This document shows positions 50,298 to 63,354 of a DNA stretch of 64,000 nt, one piece after another (within the stretch, counting starts at the first letter, position 1; each line of letters begins with the position of its first letter). The position numbers were made by a program, and so were the translations under genes. The stretch comes from Phoronis australis (lineage: Eukaryota > Animalia > Phoronida): assembly GCA_002633005.1 (NCBI GenBank), contig NMRA01000682.1:94543-158542 (forward strand), written 5' to 3'. The notes below the pieces were generated by a model, which was given only the letters and a program-made list of their open reading frames with translations, had not been told where the DNA came from and did no database searches.

Positions 50298-50947
50298 CTG
50301 AAAAACACAAGACAAACGCTAGTTAAGTCCTTCAAAGTTAACTTACCGTCTTTGTTTCATTTTGGTTGTTCTGGCGCAAATTCAAAAATCACGTGGACAG
50401 TCCGCCAATTTCGTCTCGAAGGAGGAACCTTGTCAGCGGACCACACTAATTTCTTCCACGGAACAGAATGATTGACAACGGAGGTCAAACATACATGTAA
50501 TAAAATGTAGCTGCTGTTTTATCCAGGAAAGTTTGTTGTGAAGCACATTGAGTCTGGTTTGCAAAAAATTACTCACCATTAAGTTAAGTTCTTAGAGCCT
50601 CGGAGACATTAGGCCTATTGCCAAGTTACCTAAATGATTAACGCCCACAGACGCAATTTTAAAGCCAATATAAATAAGTCATTTCATTTTAAAGGCAATT
50701 TAGCGAAATTTTTAGTGAAGGGTTCGTTTTTGTTATGAAGACTACATCACAGTAAATGTATTGATGTCTGCCAGACAAATTTACCAAAATTGCACGGTGT
50801 ATTCAAACGTTATCTCTATTTTGGAATCGAATTTCGACTCAAATTTAATGATGTCTGCCATATTGGAAGACTGCGAGTTTGATTTTTTCATTTTTTCACA
50901 TATTTCTTGCTGTAAAATTTAGTGACACATACCTTTACACACCGTTC

Positions 50948-51187
50948 TCTATGATTCAAGAGTTTTTACTATCTATGATTCAAGAGTTTTTACTATCTAT
51001 GATTCAAGAGTTTTTACTATCTATGATTCAAGGGTTTTTACTATCTATGATTCAAGAGTTTTTACTATCTATGATTCAAGAGTTTTTACTATCTATGATT
51101 CAAGAGTTTTTACTATCTATGATTCAAGAGTTTTTACTATCTATGATTCAAGAGTTTTTACTATCTATGATTCAAGAGTTTTTACTA
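50948..51187. repeat. 24-bp minisatellite, 10 copies
   Basis: Unit tctatgattcaagagtttttacta; explains the spurious SMIQEFLL ORF. Confidence 0.97.
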
Positions 51188-51727
51188 GCGTTTAATCACG
51201 CAAGTACATGACTTATTGAGAAGTTAAAATGCTCACAACTCACGTTGGAGGACAGTGACAAAATGGCGACTTTGCTGAATTAAGCGACATGTTCAAAAGG
51301 ATCTTTGTCATTGGTGAAGGTTTACCTATGATGCATTTGATGACACTCTGCGTTGTCAAGAGTGCACACAATTTGGCATTTATATTTCCGTTTGCAGTTT
51401 TATCCAATTCCAAAAAATGAAGTTGCTTTCAATTTTGGCGTATAGACTGATATTTGAAAATCTCCTAGTTTTTACATGTACATAAACTGTTTTTTGTACT
51501 TCAGGCTACATCGAAGTCAGAAAATGCGACACATTTTATTTGATTCACAGTAACACGCTAGACTGAGTCGTCATGGTAACAGTTTACATGTCATCTTTCG
51601 ATCGCATTCACCTTACTGTGATGAGATCACTTCAGATTTAAGTTCCTAAATGTAACACTCAATTATTTGAAAACTGCAACTATTATTAAAATCTCTTTGT
51701 CTATTTACACCGACCTCTTGTCACTGT

Positions 51728-51777
51728 CACGACGTTTCGACGTTTCGGTAGGTCTATTCTCCGGCCATCGTCAGGTG
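51728..51777 (-). ncRNA. Type I hammerhead ribozyme motif (predicted cleavage after GUC at 51731)
   Basis: CAC-CUGACGA-U-GGCCGG..CCUACC-GAAA-CG(UCGAAA)CG-UC-GUG on the minus strand. Confidence 0.6.
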
Positions 51778-51817
51778 TTTCCGCGTTCTTAGAAGAACGA
51801 GGACGGATATGTGGTAA

Positions 51818-51894
51818 ATCCGCGGTGTAGCAGTTAAAGTGCTGGACTCGAATTATCTGTAGTTTCAGAAGTGGGTTCAAATCCTGCCTCGGAC
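51818..51894 (+). pseudogene. tRNA-Ser(CGA)-like pseudogene / SINE-type head
   Basis: GGTGTAGCAGTTAAAGTGCTGGACTCGAAT (CT-CGA-AT loop), long variable arm CTG-TAGTTT-CAG, B box GGTTCAAATCC, acceptor-like TCCGCGG/CCTCGGA. The anticodon stem is disrupted. Confidence 0.6.
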
Positions 51895-51954
51895 AAAAAA
51901 TTCACACCAGGTTTGTACCACATATCCGTCCTCGTTTTTCTAAGAACGCGGGAA

Positions 51955-52004
51955 CACCTGACGATGGCCGGAGAATAGACTGACCGAAATGTCGAAACAT
52001 CGTG
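51955..52004 (+). ncRNA. Type I hammerhead ribozyme motif (predicted cleavage after AUC at 52001)
   Basis: CAC-CUGACGA-U-stemII(GGCCGG..CUGACC)-GAAA-UG(UCGAAA)CA-UC-GUG. Confidence 0.65.
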
Positions 52005-54529
52005 ACAGTGTAAATAGACAAGAGGTCGGTGTAAATGGACCAATAGATTTTAATAATAGTTGTAACACGCCACCACCTCAGAGCGGTTTTAGAAAGTGAT
52101 GTGGAAACTGTGAAACCCATCCGTTTATAATGTTTACCATCATCTAGTGACTTATCTACTATTGATACCAAACAGTGGTTTAGATTATTTCTATACCGAG
52201 GGATACTAAGCATAAGTTTTGGTTCATGAGTACTATAAGTAACATTACTGTTTAGAAATCAAAGTAACGATACATCTGGGCAAGAAGTCACCATTCCGGA
52301 AAAGGAATATTTACAGAAACAATATCAACAGTAATAAAATATACACGCATTTGTACACACACAGAAAAGTATTTAAGAGATGCTTACAAAGGTAAGTTGA
52401 TAGGTTACGCAAAGACATTTGATAGTAAACTTAAAATTGCTAAAAAACACTCCAAAACCAAATATCACTCCGTTATGTAATTTACCGTAACTTACTTTTA
52501 ATGCAGAAAATGTCTTGTTGAAAAATTCCTTACACCAGCTTCAATAGGTTGTCGAAAGTGGCTACATATTTTGTTCAGCATCTCAGCCAGGTCAATGGTT
52601 ATATGATAAATTTCCATGAACCAAAAATTAGTCAATGTTGAACTACATTGCTGTTATAAATCAAGACTTCTTACAAGTCTCGTAACGTTACCTGCATATC
52701 GGACGACTGGTAATTATTTATTAAGTTATTGAAATATTTGCAGATGAGTTGCTAGTAACTGTTGCAGAGACAGGACACGGCAAAATACTTTAATAAAAAC
52801 TGAAGTTATTTAAATTAGCCCCAAAATGAAACTAACGCATGTTTTGTGTGATGCATTCCCAATAACAAAGTTTTTTTCATTTTTAGACATGGCAATAGCA
52901 AAAGCTACAAAATAAAACCAAAGCCAAAGTACCAATAGTCAAAGGAAAATCATTTCAAGTATTTACAGCCTGTTCTACTTCTTTCCGGTTACCTGTATAT
53001 ATACCGTTAGACAAAAAATAATTCGTAAAATTTTACCTTCTAACTTGTATGAGCACCCAAGCAGTCACAACTGTACATGGAAATATATTTCCCTTTTATG
53101 TATTATGATGGCAATAACACCGAAAAAAGTTGCTGTGAATTAACAATAAACCTGTCAGTTTTGAAAAGGTGCGACATGTGATTCCTGCTCATGCGGCTTG
53201 AGCGGCAACAAAAGCCTTTAGACGATACTCCTTACATGAGCGTTTCAAAGGAAATATGAACAACATACAGGTGTTCGGTGTGCTCAGCGACATTTTAGAA
53301 GGACTTATTTAGATAAAATCTAGCCCCGCCCTCTGCTAAACGAGCTTTAGTGACGAGTGTCTGGGACTAACCTATAGTACACACCTCTTTGTTGACCGGC
53401 GCTGTTTTCATATGCGCAAAGGTTGCTAGGAAAATGTTTGACGTTTGTAGACGCACGAGCAACACGCTGGTGAGGTGAGTTGTGTTTGGGTGAGGTAATC
53501 AGGGCGATCAAAAAAGCAACTAATAAATGTGCAAATCCGGTAACAGGTTTCACTATCACTTGAGGACTTAGAAACATAAATCAAAATCAAATTTCATTGA
53601 TTATTAAGAGATGAAAAACATTCGTCTACGTTATGAGTCGCATGCCGCCTAAAACCGAAAATCGTCTCCTAAATGGTGAAATTGTTTGACTTTACATGAT
53701 TTTTCGTCTTCCTAACATTATAAGCAGGTACTTTCGTCCTTTACATAACGTATTTTTTCATTTTAATTTAAAATATTCCTGCTTTAATTTCGGACGTGCC
53801 CGAAAAAACGGCCAGACGAGTATATTTTTAGAAAAACCGTATGCAAGGGTCTGCTCTCGGAAACGAGCTACTTTTTAAGCGTTTGTGATTTTGAAAAGAC
53901 ACTAAAAGTTTTCATTGTCGCCTTCACAAGTCACGTTTGTGAAGTGTGCAAATTGGGACGGTACAAGCGTCACTGCTTTTACTTACAAGGTACCTATTGT
54001 ACACTGTCTTGCAGGCTTCATTTCCTTTACAAAACGGGTCCAATAAAGACTTTTTACAATTGGTCCATGGAAATAAAACAAGACTTTACGAATTGGTGCA
54101 TTCGTTGCCCTGACCGGGATAATTTTTTGCTCTTGGTTTGTTTCTTTGCATTCTAAAGGTCGCATTAGCACAAAATTGTCACAAAACCCCTAACTATGGA
54201 ATAGCTCAAAGCCTGAAGTTTTTCGCCATGATCGGAGTCAAGAAGGGGGACGTGGCGACCATTTTGTTTTTGAATTCAGATTCAAATGCTCATAGAGGTC
54301 GCGATTTTTGACGTAGACGGCTGAAAATCTACACTATTACTGTAACAGACGTGTATTATACATTTGCTTTGAATTGTGAACTTCGAGTCAAAGATGGTGG
54401 AAATATCGGCTACTTAACCGGAAGTTTCAACTTGACGGACCTGACGCCGTTTTATCACTATTGAATCGTGCTGGGTTGTTATTTTAAACACAAGAGCAAA
54501 TGACGTGAAACTTTACATCCGGATTTAAG

Positions 54530-54835
54530 TTTTACTCTTTCAAATGAATACTAACTTTTTCTTGTACAGGCCGTTTTAATTAGTTGACTGTCATCTTAAG
54601 AAATGTATCGTCTGATTTTTTTCGAAAATTTCGGGAATTTATTGCAACTATTTGGTGTGATAGAACTTTGAAAGGGTTTTCAGAAGGTGTTTTCTATTTT
54701 TCGATAGGACGTCCCTTTATTGATTTTTGGGGATTTTGTGATGACGCTGTTCCTTTGTTGACTGACTTTTGCCGCACTTTTGTTTACGTTTTATTGCGCA
54801 AGACTACGTTTCTTACTCGTTCGGGACATTTTCAT
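54530..54835. repeat. Dispersed repeat, second copy at ~60135-60432
   Basis: Shared tttcaaatgaata, taggacgtc.ctt, tttgttgactga.ttttgc..cactttt and caagacta..tttcttactc. Confidence 0.7.
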
Positions 54836-55898
54836 TCATTATACTTACTAACTTATAAAGATTCATGTTGGTGCCGCTGACTGTCGCTCATCTTCTGCTT
54901 TATAGGAATCTCCATTGGCCGTTTCGGCCCTGATCCAATTCCACTTCCAATACCCGGGCTCCATGAGGTAGAAATTTACCTCAGGTCTTGCGACAGTCAT
55001 GTTTCCATGTGTTACTTCTCTGCAGCCAGATGTATGCTGAAGCTGCTTCTGTTGCTACTGAACAGGTCTTTTGTAGTTTTTGCGTAATGACTTGCATGTT
55101 GTGAGCACCATAATCTTCGTCATTCTCCGTAATTCTTTGCAGTAATCTTCTACAGCCAACATCTACACGAATGTCGTGACACTTCAATCTACATTTATTA
55201 CCTGTGGAGTGATGTATTAGACCTTGAGACTTTTAAAAGTGTTTTTTTTTCTCGTCAGCGACATCGACTGTCGTCTCCCATGTCAGTGTTAGCTCTACTA
55301 TGGCCTATTTTTTCGGGCTGTCTGACCTTTAAACTATATCAGACCTCATTGCTGTCACTGCTCTGTTTGTTGGAAAACTTGCTAGACTTTCCATATCTAC
55401 GGACATCTTGCAGTCTATGGATTTGTGGAATAAACTCTGGTGTTGACTTCCTCTTTCATCACTGCACTTTTCCCTGCTATTCTTTCAATGGCCAAGGCCT
55501 TCGGCACTTGTTTATGCCTCCACTTGTATTTGGCCTCTGCCACTGCTGCTTTGCACGCCAATAGTATGGGCTACAAAGTTCCCCGTTCCCATCAGCTAAC
55601 ACATCTGTCGTCTTCAGTTTTCCCCATCGACTCAAATTCCTCGTCGTGGGTAGTTGTTCGTACTCCGCTCTAAGCACAAGGCTGAGTTTTTGACTTTCCG
55701 ATGACAACAAATCTTCTGGAGTGACCTTCTTTTTGAAGCAGCTATGTCAAGTTCTCCATTCACCCTGCTTCTTAAGTCCCCTGCTATAGCATCCCTCTCC
55801 TCTTCCTCTGCAACGCGTTTCCTCAGAAGTGCTAAATCTCCACCTTCCTTCCCTTTTGTCTTGTTCCACATGTTAGATGGTATTAAACCCTGCCCTTG

Positions 55899-56772
55899 TG
55901 TCAGAATTAATATAGATTAAGTCATTGGAAAGAATAGATCCATTTTAAGTTGCCGAAAATTTGTGAATATTTAATTTTAAATCATGGGGTCAAACTTGTT
56001 GATATGTATTTTAACGGCAAAATCTATTTTTAGATGGTGTTTACAACTTTGGGTTCAGAGCAATCTAGAGATTCTAGAAAATTCTGAGAACACATCGTAA
56101 CAGCCAAGGATATGATTAGATAAGACCATGTGGTTTTTATCAGCCAATCACTAAATGAGTAGAATATTATAATATGGGCTAAAATCAAGAAGATATTCAC
56201 ATGTGCCATTGTAGTCGAATCATAAAGGCTTGCTACAGTGTACAACAGAGCCATCTCAAAAGATTCTAGAGAGGATCTTGACAGGCCCAAGGGTTAACGA
56301 AAAGGAAGTTAACTAAGAGCTTGTCACTTGCATCGTGGGTAGTAAGATACTGCATGAAGTGTTGCGCCAGCAGAGTCTGTGAGCAGCAAGAAGAATCGTG
56401 GGTAGTAGAAATTGCTTGCAAGTGTTGCAACACCAAAGACGGTGACCAGCAATTACACTGTCTCAATACAGTGTGTGTGTAGTTCGAAAATTCACCAACA
56501 GGACAGTCATCCAACAAGTGGAGAGTCCTACCTTGGATAGAAGATAAGACATTTCATTACTTTGGTTCATTGATTGAAGAAATCTTTAAAGAGGGCGCTA
56601 GTGTAGTTACTCGTATTTGTAGTTGATTACTTAATTAGCAATAGGTTTCACTTGTCTAATTAGTGGTTATCATATAATAAATGAATTACTGGATTTGATT
56701 ATTCACTCTCCATCTACGCACAATCGCTAAGCATAGCTAACTTTTAAACAAACCCACAGTCAATCTCTGACA
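55899..56772. mobile_element. Solo LTR (874 bp) inserted in the HERO-like element
   Basis: Termini TGTCAGA...TCTGACA; 5-bp TSD CCTTG/CATTG; the host reading (..VARQ|GRAG-like) resumes across it. Confidence 0.7.
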
Positions 56773-57295
56773 CATTGTCTTGCCACGTACACTGTTCCTA
56801 CTATATCGCTGTGCCGCAATCTGCTCTCTGCCACCGCCGCCGACATATCCCACTTTATACCTGACGTGATCTCTACTCTAGCACGCCTCACCAAACTATC
56901 CTTAGAACCCTTCAACGTCATCCAGTCTCTATCTTTCCCGACCTTGGACTCCTGCACTAGTGACTTTGTTGGTAAGGCGACTTGCCGTATAGATCGACCC
57001 ACACTCGTAAAAGTTGCTGGTACTCCCAACCATTTCCTGCGATGACTTTCCCCTCAATCAATTCCACGACGGTCAAGCGTATGTTATAGATACCCTGCCT
57101 GACGCCATACCAGTTTTGGCTATATTCCAAATTAAGTAACACCACATGTTGTATCTTCCTGGAAGTTTACTCGCGTCGATCTCACTCAGGTTCCCCACCA
57201 TCATACACGTACGTACTATTCACTGGCTTTTGGACTCCCTCGGTGTTGTGTCATAATTCTTGTCTGGGTATTTCAAAGGGTTCTTGTCCAGAGAT

Positions 57296-57865
57296 GTTAT
57301 GGATTCGCCGTCAATGCTGAAAGGATCATGGTGGCAAACTTGCCCCTTTTTCGGGTATATCGTTTTTTCGACTTCCTCGAGAGCCCGAACTGGGGCTTAG
57401 GAAGTGGCTCGCGGTGGTGAAGAATGAAATCTACGCTGTTAATAGCAAGTATGAGGCCGTGAATCATCTCCGTGTCTGGGGCCGGCATTTTGTCGACAGT
57501 GATTTCTCTAACGAATACCGGTTTACCAAAGAACTATCCATACTTTCCATTATCTGTGCATGTTCACAACCCTTCTTCAGTATTTCATGATCAGTGTATT
57601 CCGGTTCGAACTGATAGGCTGTGAAACCTAACGATCCGACCCGTGAAGTCTTCGTGGGATGAGCTCTTGACTACTGAAGTCGGGATCGGCGCCGGGCGAG
57701 TTGCCATGTATTCTGCGTTCTGTTTGAAAATGAATTATTCTCATCCTAACCAATGCGTATATAAAACTGAAACAAAGTCTGTCTCAATAGATACAATTTG
57801 TAATGCCTTTGCAGTATTCGTGAGTGCAAATGTCGAGGACCACGCTATGAATAAACCACTGCATT
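57296..57865 (-). mobile_element. Copy of the 26.0-26.6 kb repeat, located where the HERO RT core should be
   Basis: Reverse-complement similarity to 26050-26565; ORF relic EMIHGLILAINSVDFILHHREPLPK. Confidence 0.75.
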
Positions 57866-60800
57866 ACCGGCCATTGATTCCGGCAATTAGGTTATTGACC
57901 GCATACATTCATTTCCCAACGCAAAGTATCACCCGTCGCCCTACTATGGCAAAGAGAATCTTGATTATATGCAAAGAAAAGAAATGGATGTTAAGTCCTC
58001 TACTTTTTTGTCGCTACTTCGTTGGGGATAAAACACCCCTCGGACTTGGCCCATCCGCTTGAGAGTGTTTCGGATTTCCAAAGTGCCCGCAATAGCTTCC
58101 ACAAGAGTGGGCACCACTTGTAGACTTTGTAGGACAATCCTGAAGGAGCCGCTGTTGAGCTCATACTTGCTTTTTGACCCCTTCCTGCACTTCACATTGC
58201 TCTGACTCCCCCATTTCAAAGGTCACTCCTGGTTGATCCCCAATGATCATTCAGTCGGCTGGTGGTTGTGGATTGTCACGGCCTAAGTCGTTGTGCACCT
58301 ACTTGGGATGTACCTGTAGTTCTTCTCTTGTGGCTTCCATCTTTCCACTAACCACCTTAGCCAGTAGCTGTTTCACGAAACCATAAAGGTTCTAGATGAA
58401 TTTCTGTCTTCGTGTCGCGTAATCTTTGCGTTGATTTATTAGCCTTTCTGCTCGCCTCAGGTTTAACAGAAGGTCCCTCAGCTCCTCATGCAAGACCGCT
58501 AAGCCTTCTCTCCGTCCGTTAGCACTCATGTAGATCAGGGTAAGGTGTCGAAGTTCTGCACGGATGTCGCTTATTTTTCTTTGTCTTGGAATGGGTCCCG
58601 CTGATGTTTTGTTCTCTTTTTTGTTTCACAATCACTCTAATTCTGTCCTTAAAGACATCGCGTCTGTTATTGTTGACTTCTTTCTTTTAACAGATCTTTT
58701 CAATGATACCTTCCAGATGCTTTTCAGGTTTTGATGTAACTGACTATTGTGTATGCATTATTTGGCCAGGACATCTTCTTTACCGGTTGCGAGTTGGCCA
58801 GATCATTTTCGTGTAATCGTCTTGTCAGTTCTTCAATGAGTTGCATCGGAGTGCGAGGAACCGACAAACTCTAATTCCACCAGTAATTGCAGCTTGAAAA
58901 AACAAACTGTTAACTAAAACTATTTCAACGTATCATGGAGTATATTGCGAATGAGTATACACCCTGTACAATATAGTGCAAATAATAAAAATATGACATT
59001 ATGTAAATTCACTTTAACGTACCCTCTCCCTAATTTTATTAGGACTGGCCCGTTAATGGTTGCTCGTGGAACTATTTCCGTGACTACGATAGCCCGTTCT
59101 CAAGCCCTATTCAAGACCACCGGCGTTCACGCCACTTTCTGTTTTCAATCACGAGAATTCAGCCAGAGCAGACTCCCGTGTAGGTATGTGCTATGGGAAA
59201 GTCACCCAACGGCGTAATACGATTATGAAATATGTAGAAGGCGCACTGATACCTCTATTGCAACAGGTCGTGGGTAGTGGATCATGGGTCGAGGGAGTTG
59301 TGGGTCGAGAAATGTGGGGATCGAAGGGGGTTTCAGAAAAATCCTATTCTTACATTCTTGCTCACTTTCCCACACATGCTGCAATTGTTGTCGTCGAGTT
59401 AGGCGTTGTCCTTTGACTGTCGTTGGTCGTCACGGTCATGTTGGTTCTTCCTCCACCCCCGCTCTTGCAGAATTCTGGGGGCTATTCTCTTTGCAAAATA
59501 TGTGGGTGTCGATCTTGAAAATCGACTGCAGGATTGGGCTGCAAACTCGTCTGCCCCGTCCAGCCTATCGCGGATATCACTTGTCCACGGTTATCGTTTT
59601 ATTCATCATCGCCACCATCAATAGCATCATTGTCAAAATCATCTCCTTTCCCCACTAATCGTCCGATACTCTTTGCAGTCAATTTTTCTACAGGTGTCTC
59701 CTCCGAGCGCTTTCATCAAATTACATGTCATATTTTTCGTCTCATTCGCACGAAATTCTCACAAAGCTTCGGAATAGCTCGACTGTTATTATTTTTCGTG
59801 ATGATCGGTTTCAAAATGGCGGATGTGCCGGCCATTATGTTTTCAATTCGGATTCAATCATACACCATTATTGTAGCAGACTACAGTAGAACGGTTGTGT
59901 TAAAATTGACGGTAATAGCGGACATTGCGTTTGGGCACTTCGATCTTGCAACGAGAACATTTTATCCTGCTAAATGCGCATTGTAGAACCAGTTGCTTCG
60001 AAATTGTATGTGTTAAATTCATGTAAGTATTTGTTATCGAATGCTAACTAACGGGAATGGTGTATCTAACACATGTTCATGACTATTCAGTCGCGATGGG
60101 ATTTTATCTTGAACAAATTGGATTCTTTACCAATAATTCTTTCAAATGAATAAGAACATTTTTTCTCAGACGTACAATTTTGGAGTTACTTGACTTTCCG
60201 TTTAAAAATAAAATGCAAAATTTAAATTCATTTTGGAAAATTTGTGAACTTTTGTGAAAATGCTTTGTTAGATTGAGTTTTGAACAAGCTTGCAGAACGC
60301 TAGGACGTCTCTTTTTTAATTATCTGGGATTTTCTGAATATGACGATGTTCTTTTGTTGACTGATTTTTGCTACACTTTTGTTGGTTGACCTTCTATTTA
60401 ACAAGACTATCTTTCTTACTCATTTCTGACATCGTCATGCCTCATATGATTTTATCATCATGTTCATCATGGCCACTATCATTATCATCATCAGGATCAT
60501 GATTGCTTCTATTGCCAGTTATCTTACATTGTTTTTTTCCGTCGATTTAGCCAAGTGTCGCTCATTCGAAAGCTTTTGCTTTTTTGTTTTAAAAAAATTT
60601 AGAAGGAGGCTTCGAACTATGGAGCTGAACCATCTTTTTTTCAAAATTAGTAATCGCATTGTGTCTGCGGTAAATGGTACGCCACGGTATCGAAGAAGTA
60701 TAAAATTGTAAACTTTAAAACGATACCAGTACTGCTTTGCGTGAACTGTGGCGTAATCCTAGCGGGTGAATTACGAACAGCTGTTAACAATCGTTTACTT

Positions 60801-61904
60801 TGGTGAGGTTTCTTAAGACCGTACTACATATCTCAATGAAAGACTCGTGTTTCACGAGTACGTTACTGACCTTACAAGCGTACGCAAACAAGTTGGCCGC
60901 TAGCAACTTGGCTAAAACCAAAGATCACAAACTGGTTCAACATCTGGGTCAGCAATTACTATTCTTTTTATTATAATCTCAAGGTACAGTGCGTGCCTAC
61001 ATTTCTCTGCTCGAGAATGTCATGTTTTACGAGGATCCCTGCCAAATCTTAGTTTTCACGTGTGAAACCTTGCATTAAAGATATTCGTACGAGATTGAAC
61101 TCGAAATGGCCGATATTGGTAGCTCGAATCTAAAAGTAATCAAGTGCGAACTCGTGCCAGAATCTCGTCTCAGAAACCATTAATTACATGTATAGTAGGC
61201 TGTTACTGCACATTAAGTTTCTTTTTGTAGTGAAGGAGGGCGGAGAATGCCAAGCACACATGTAAATTTGAATTCGTTTTCGAGTGACAAAGATTAGACC
61301 CCTGGTACTGGGCTATCTTCCATCACAACTCTAGACATGTAATGCCAAGTCTCGCACGTAATCCATACATGTTTGTGTTAGAGCTTGCGACAACGAGATT
61401 TCACGGGACTGGCTGAGAGAATTTACAAGGTGAAATTCCGCTTGTCTGCTCGACTGTGCTTTAATCGAGTGTTGTAGTTATCAATCACGTCTTATTTCAC
61501 ATACATTTTTTCGTTTTGTACAGAATGGATTCAGCAAGCGAGACTCTTAATGCACGGTTTCAGGTAACCAGCGATTTTGTGGCGAAATTAATCAACATAC
61601 AATGTACGCATCAATAACTCTGCCCTTTCCTTATATGCACTGACCCGTGATCCTGACTTGTTGGTACGTAGCGTAATCTGGTCTGTGATGTTTTTTTCAG
61701 CCCCGGCCTTAGAGACACTTTCTACACCCTATCGCACTACACGTTAGGAGTTTTTCAACAATACAATTTCGAGTATGGAAATCGTGCTACTTTACAGGAA
61801 AATGGCATTTGTGTTTGTTGTGCACTTATAACAGAAAAGAACTGGTGTGTCTACGTAACTTCCGAAAAATTACTGTTGTATTCATTTGCGTACATGTAGC
61901 TAAA

Positions 61905-61950
61905 TGTGTGTGTGTGGGTGTGTGGGTTGTGTGTGTGTGTGTGTGTATGC

Positions 61951-61981
<31 letters not shown>

Positions 61982-62043
61982 AGCGCGCGTGTGTGTGCGG
62001 GCGTGTGTGCGTGCGTGAGTGTGCGCCTGCTTGTGCGTGTGTG
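61905..62043. repeat. (TG)n/(TGCG)n microsatellite
   Basis: Direct reading. Confidence 0.95.
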
Positions 62044-63354
62044 TTCTGTTTTTGTAAACTTATTTGATCGGGTGAACACTGGATAGACTGTGGAAGAACC
62101 ATTGTCGATGTACATTTATTGGTGGATTGATCTAGTAATTCAATAATATGTCTTTCATGATAAAACTGTGTTCAGTTATAGAGCAAGGATGGATTCACAT
62201 GTGCTCGATTCAGTTCACTGTTTGTAATTGTCAACGTTGAACGATGTATTTGATTTCGTGCATGAAATTAAACTTTTCCAGCAGTCTTTAAGTTTTAAGG
62301 TTTTATGCAGCTCAGTCATAAAAATGCGTAACTTGTAGAAAGCACAGTCCACGGTGTTTCTCGGGGATAAAAAGTCAACGAAACCATTTCTTTTTCCCTC
62401 ATGTTTAATCCAGGAAATAATTGAAAACCCAAATTGGGTAAAGATTTGATTTAGGCATTATTCTCTCTGAAATCACAAATTCACAAATACCTGGGCCTGA
62501 ACAAGGAAGCCATTCCGTTAAATTGGCGAGTATTCCGGTCCGTGCAAGAATCTTATGAGTGAGTCTAGTGTGACCTAGTGCTTCGCTTTTTTACATTACG
62601 ATATCTTGCGAAGTCTTGCGGGCTCTTTCATTTTTCGCGAGTTACTCGCGTCTACGAAATACAAGCCTGGGCACAGGCCATTTGCGTTGGCCTTTTTAGA
62701 CGAAACTACCTTGAAGAAGAATTGAATACCATTTCCCATTTACTGCATAATTGCCATCAAACCTTAATTCCATCCATTAGTTTCTGGAGCTTCGAAGGCC
62801 GCAGCTTTAGTCTTAATAACCCGTTATTTATGCTGGGGAGGTGAAACGTTTGTTTAAAAGTTTCCGTTCCATAACCGAAGATTTCTGTTCACAGTTGAGT
62901 AGCAAGCACCTTCAGGCAAAATGCATTTCTCTATTTTTATACTAAAATGTTATAAATACTTAATAATTGTTCTTGACCTAGTTCGAGTTTAAAGAGAACG
63001 AAAATGTGTTAGTGCATAAAATGGCCCAAAAGTTGAATCTCTACCGTGCCTGTCAAGAGTGGAAATGGCCACTTGTTCTACATGCAGCTTGATGGGGGGT
63101 GATTCCAGTTCTTGCCCTGCCGCCATGATTTTCGCACTTCTGTCTCTTCCTCTCCGTCAAGTACGCGTTGAGGTTGCTGATATCAGACAATTACATTTAC
63201 TTGCCGATCGTGTCCCTGATGATACTAATTTTTTTCGAAATTTGCCCAAACAGTTTATGTGGAAATCATTTGGCCCCACCGAAATACAATTGCCATACTC
63301 GCCATACTCGCGCCGGTGAACCCCACGCATGCATTGGAAATGTACCATTAAAGC

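Larger units (their letters stand above)
51675..52064. mobile_element. Inverted-repeat element: two hammerhead-bearing, Penelope-tail-like arms around a tRNA-derived core
   Basis: 51675-51816 is approximately the reverse complement of 51916-52064; the core carries A/B-box-like motifs. Confidence 0.8.
54960..58830 (-). mobile_element. Decayed HERO-like (RLE-type) non-LTR retrotransposon, split by two later insertions
   Basis: LYGFVKQLL, GLSYKVYKWCP, AESRLRHSDIVGTV, EEEER, LSLVLRAEYEQLPTTRNLSRWG, YKWRHKQV, VDVGCR and EAASAYIWLQR motifs in the correct order. Confidence 0.8.

Noticed and set aside
50298-50580. Possible upstream 5'UTR exons (donors at ~50346 GTAAGT and ~50576 GTGAGT)
   Set aside because: Plausible, because the ATG directly follows an acceptor. 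But the nearer intron would be only 49 nt and its ATG is out of frame; cannot be resolved without transcripts.
50879-51211. 110-aa ORF with SMIQEFLL repeats
   Set aside because: Translation of a 24-bp minisatellite; no splice or coding context.
59050-59750. GC-richer, coding-looking stretch with several overlapping ORFs
   Set aside because: Stops in the likely frames and no identifiable domain; probably a decayed element, left unassigned.
62990-63135. Minus-strand AAAATCATGGCGGC start (MAAGQELESPP...) as first exon of another gene
   Set aside because: Good start context but short, with no convincing downstream exons or homology recognised.
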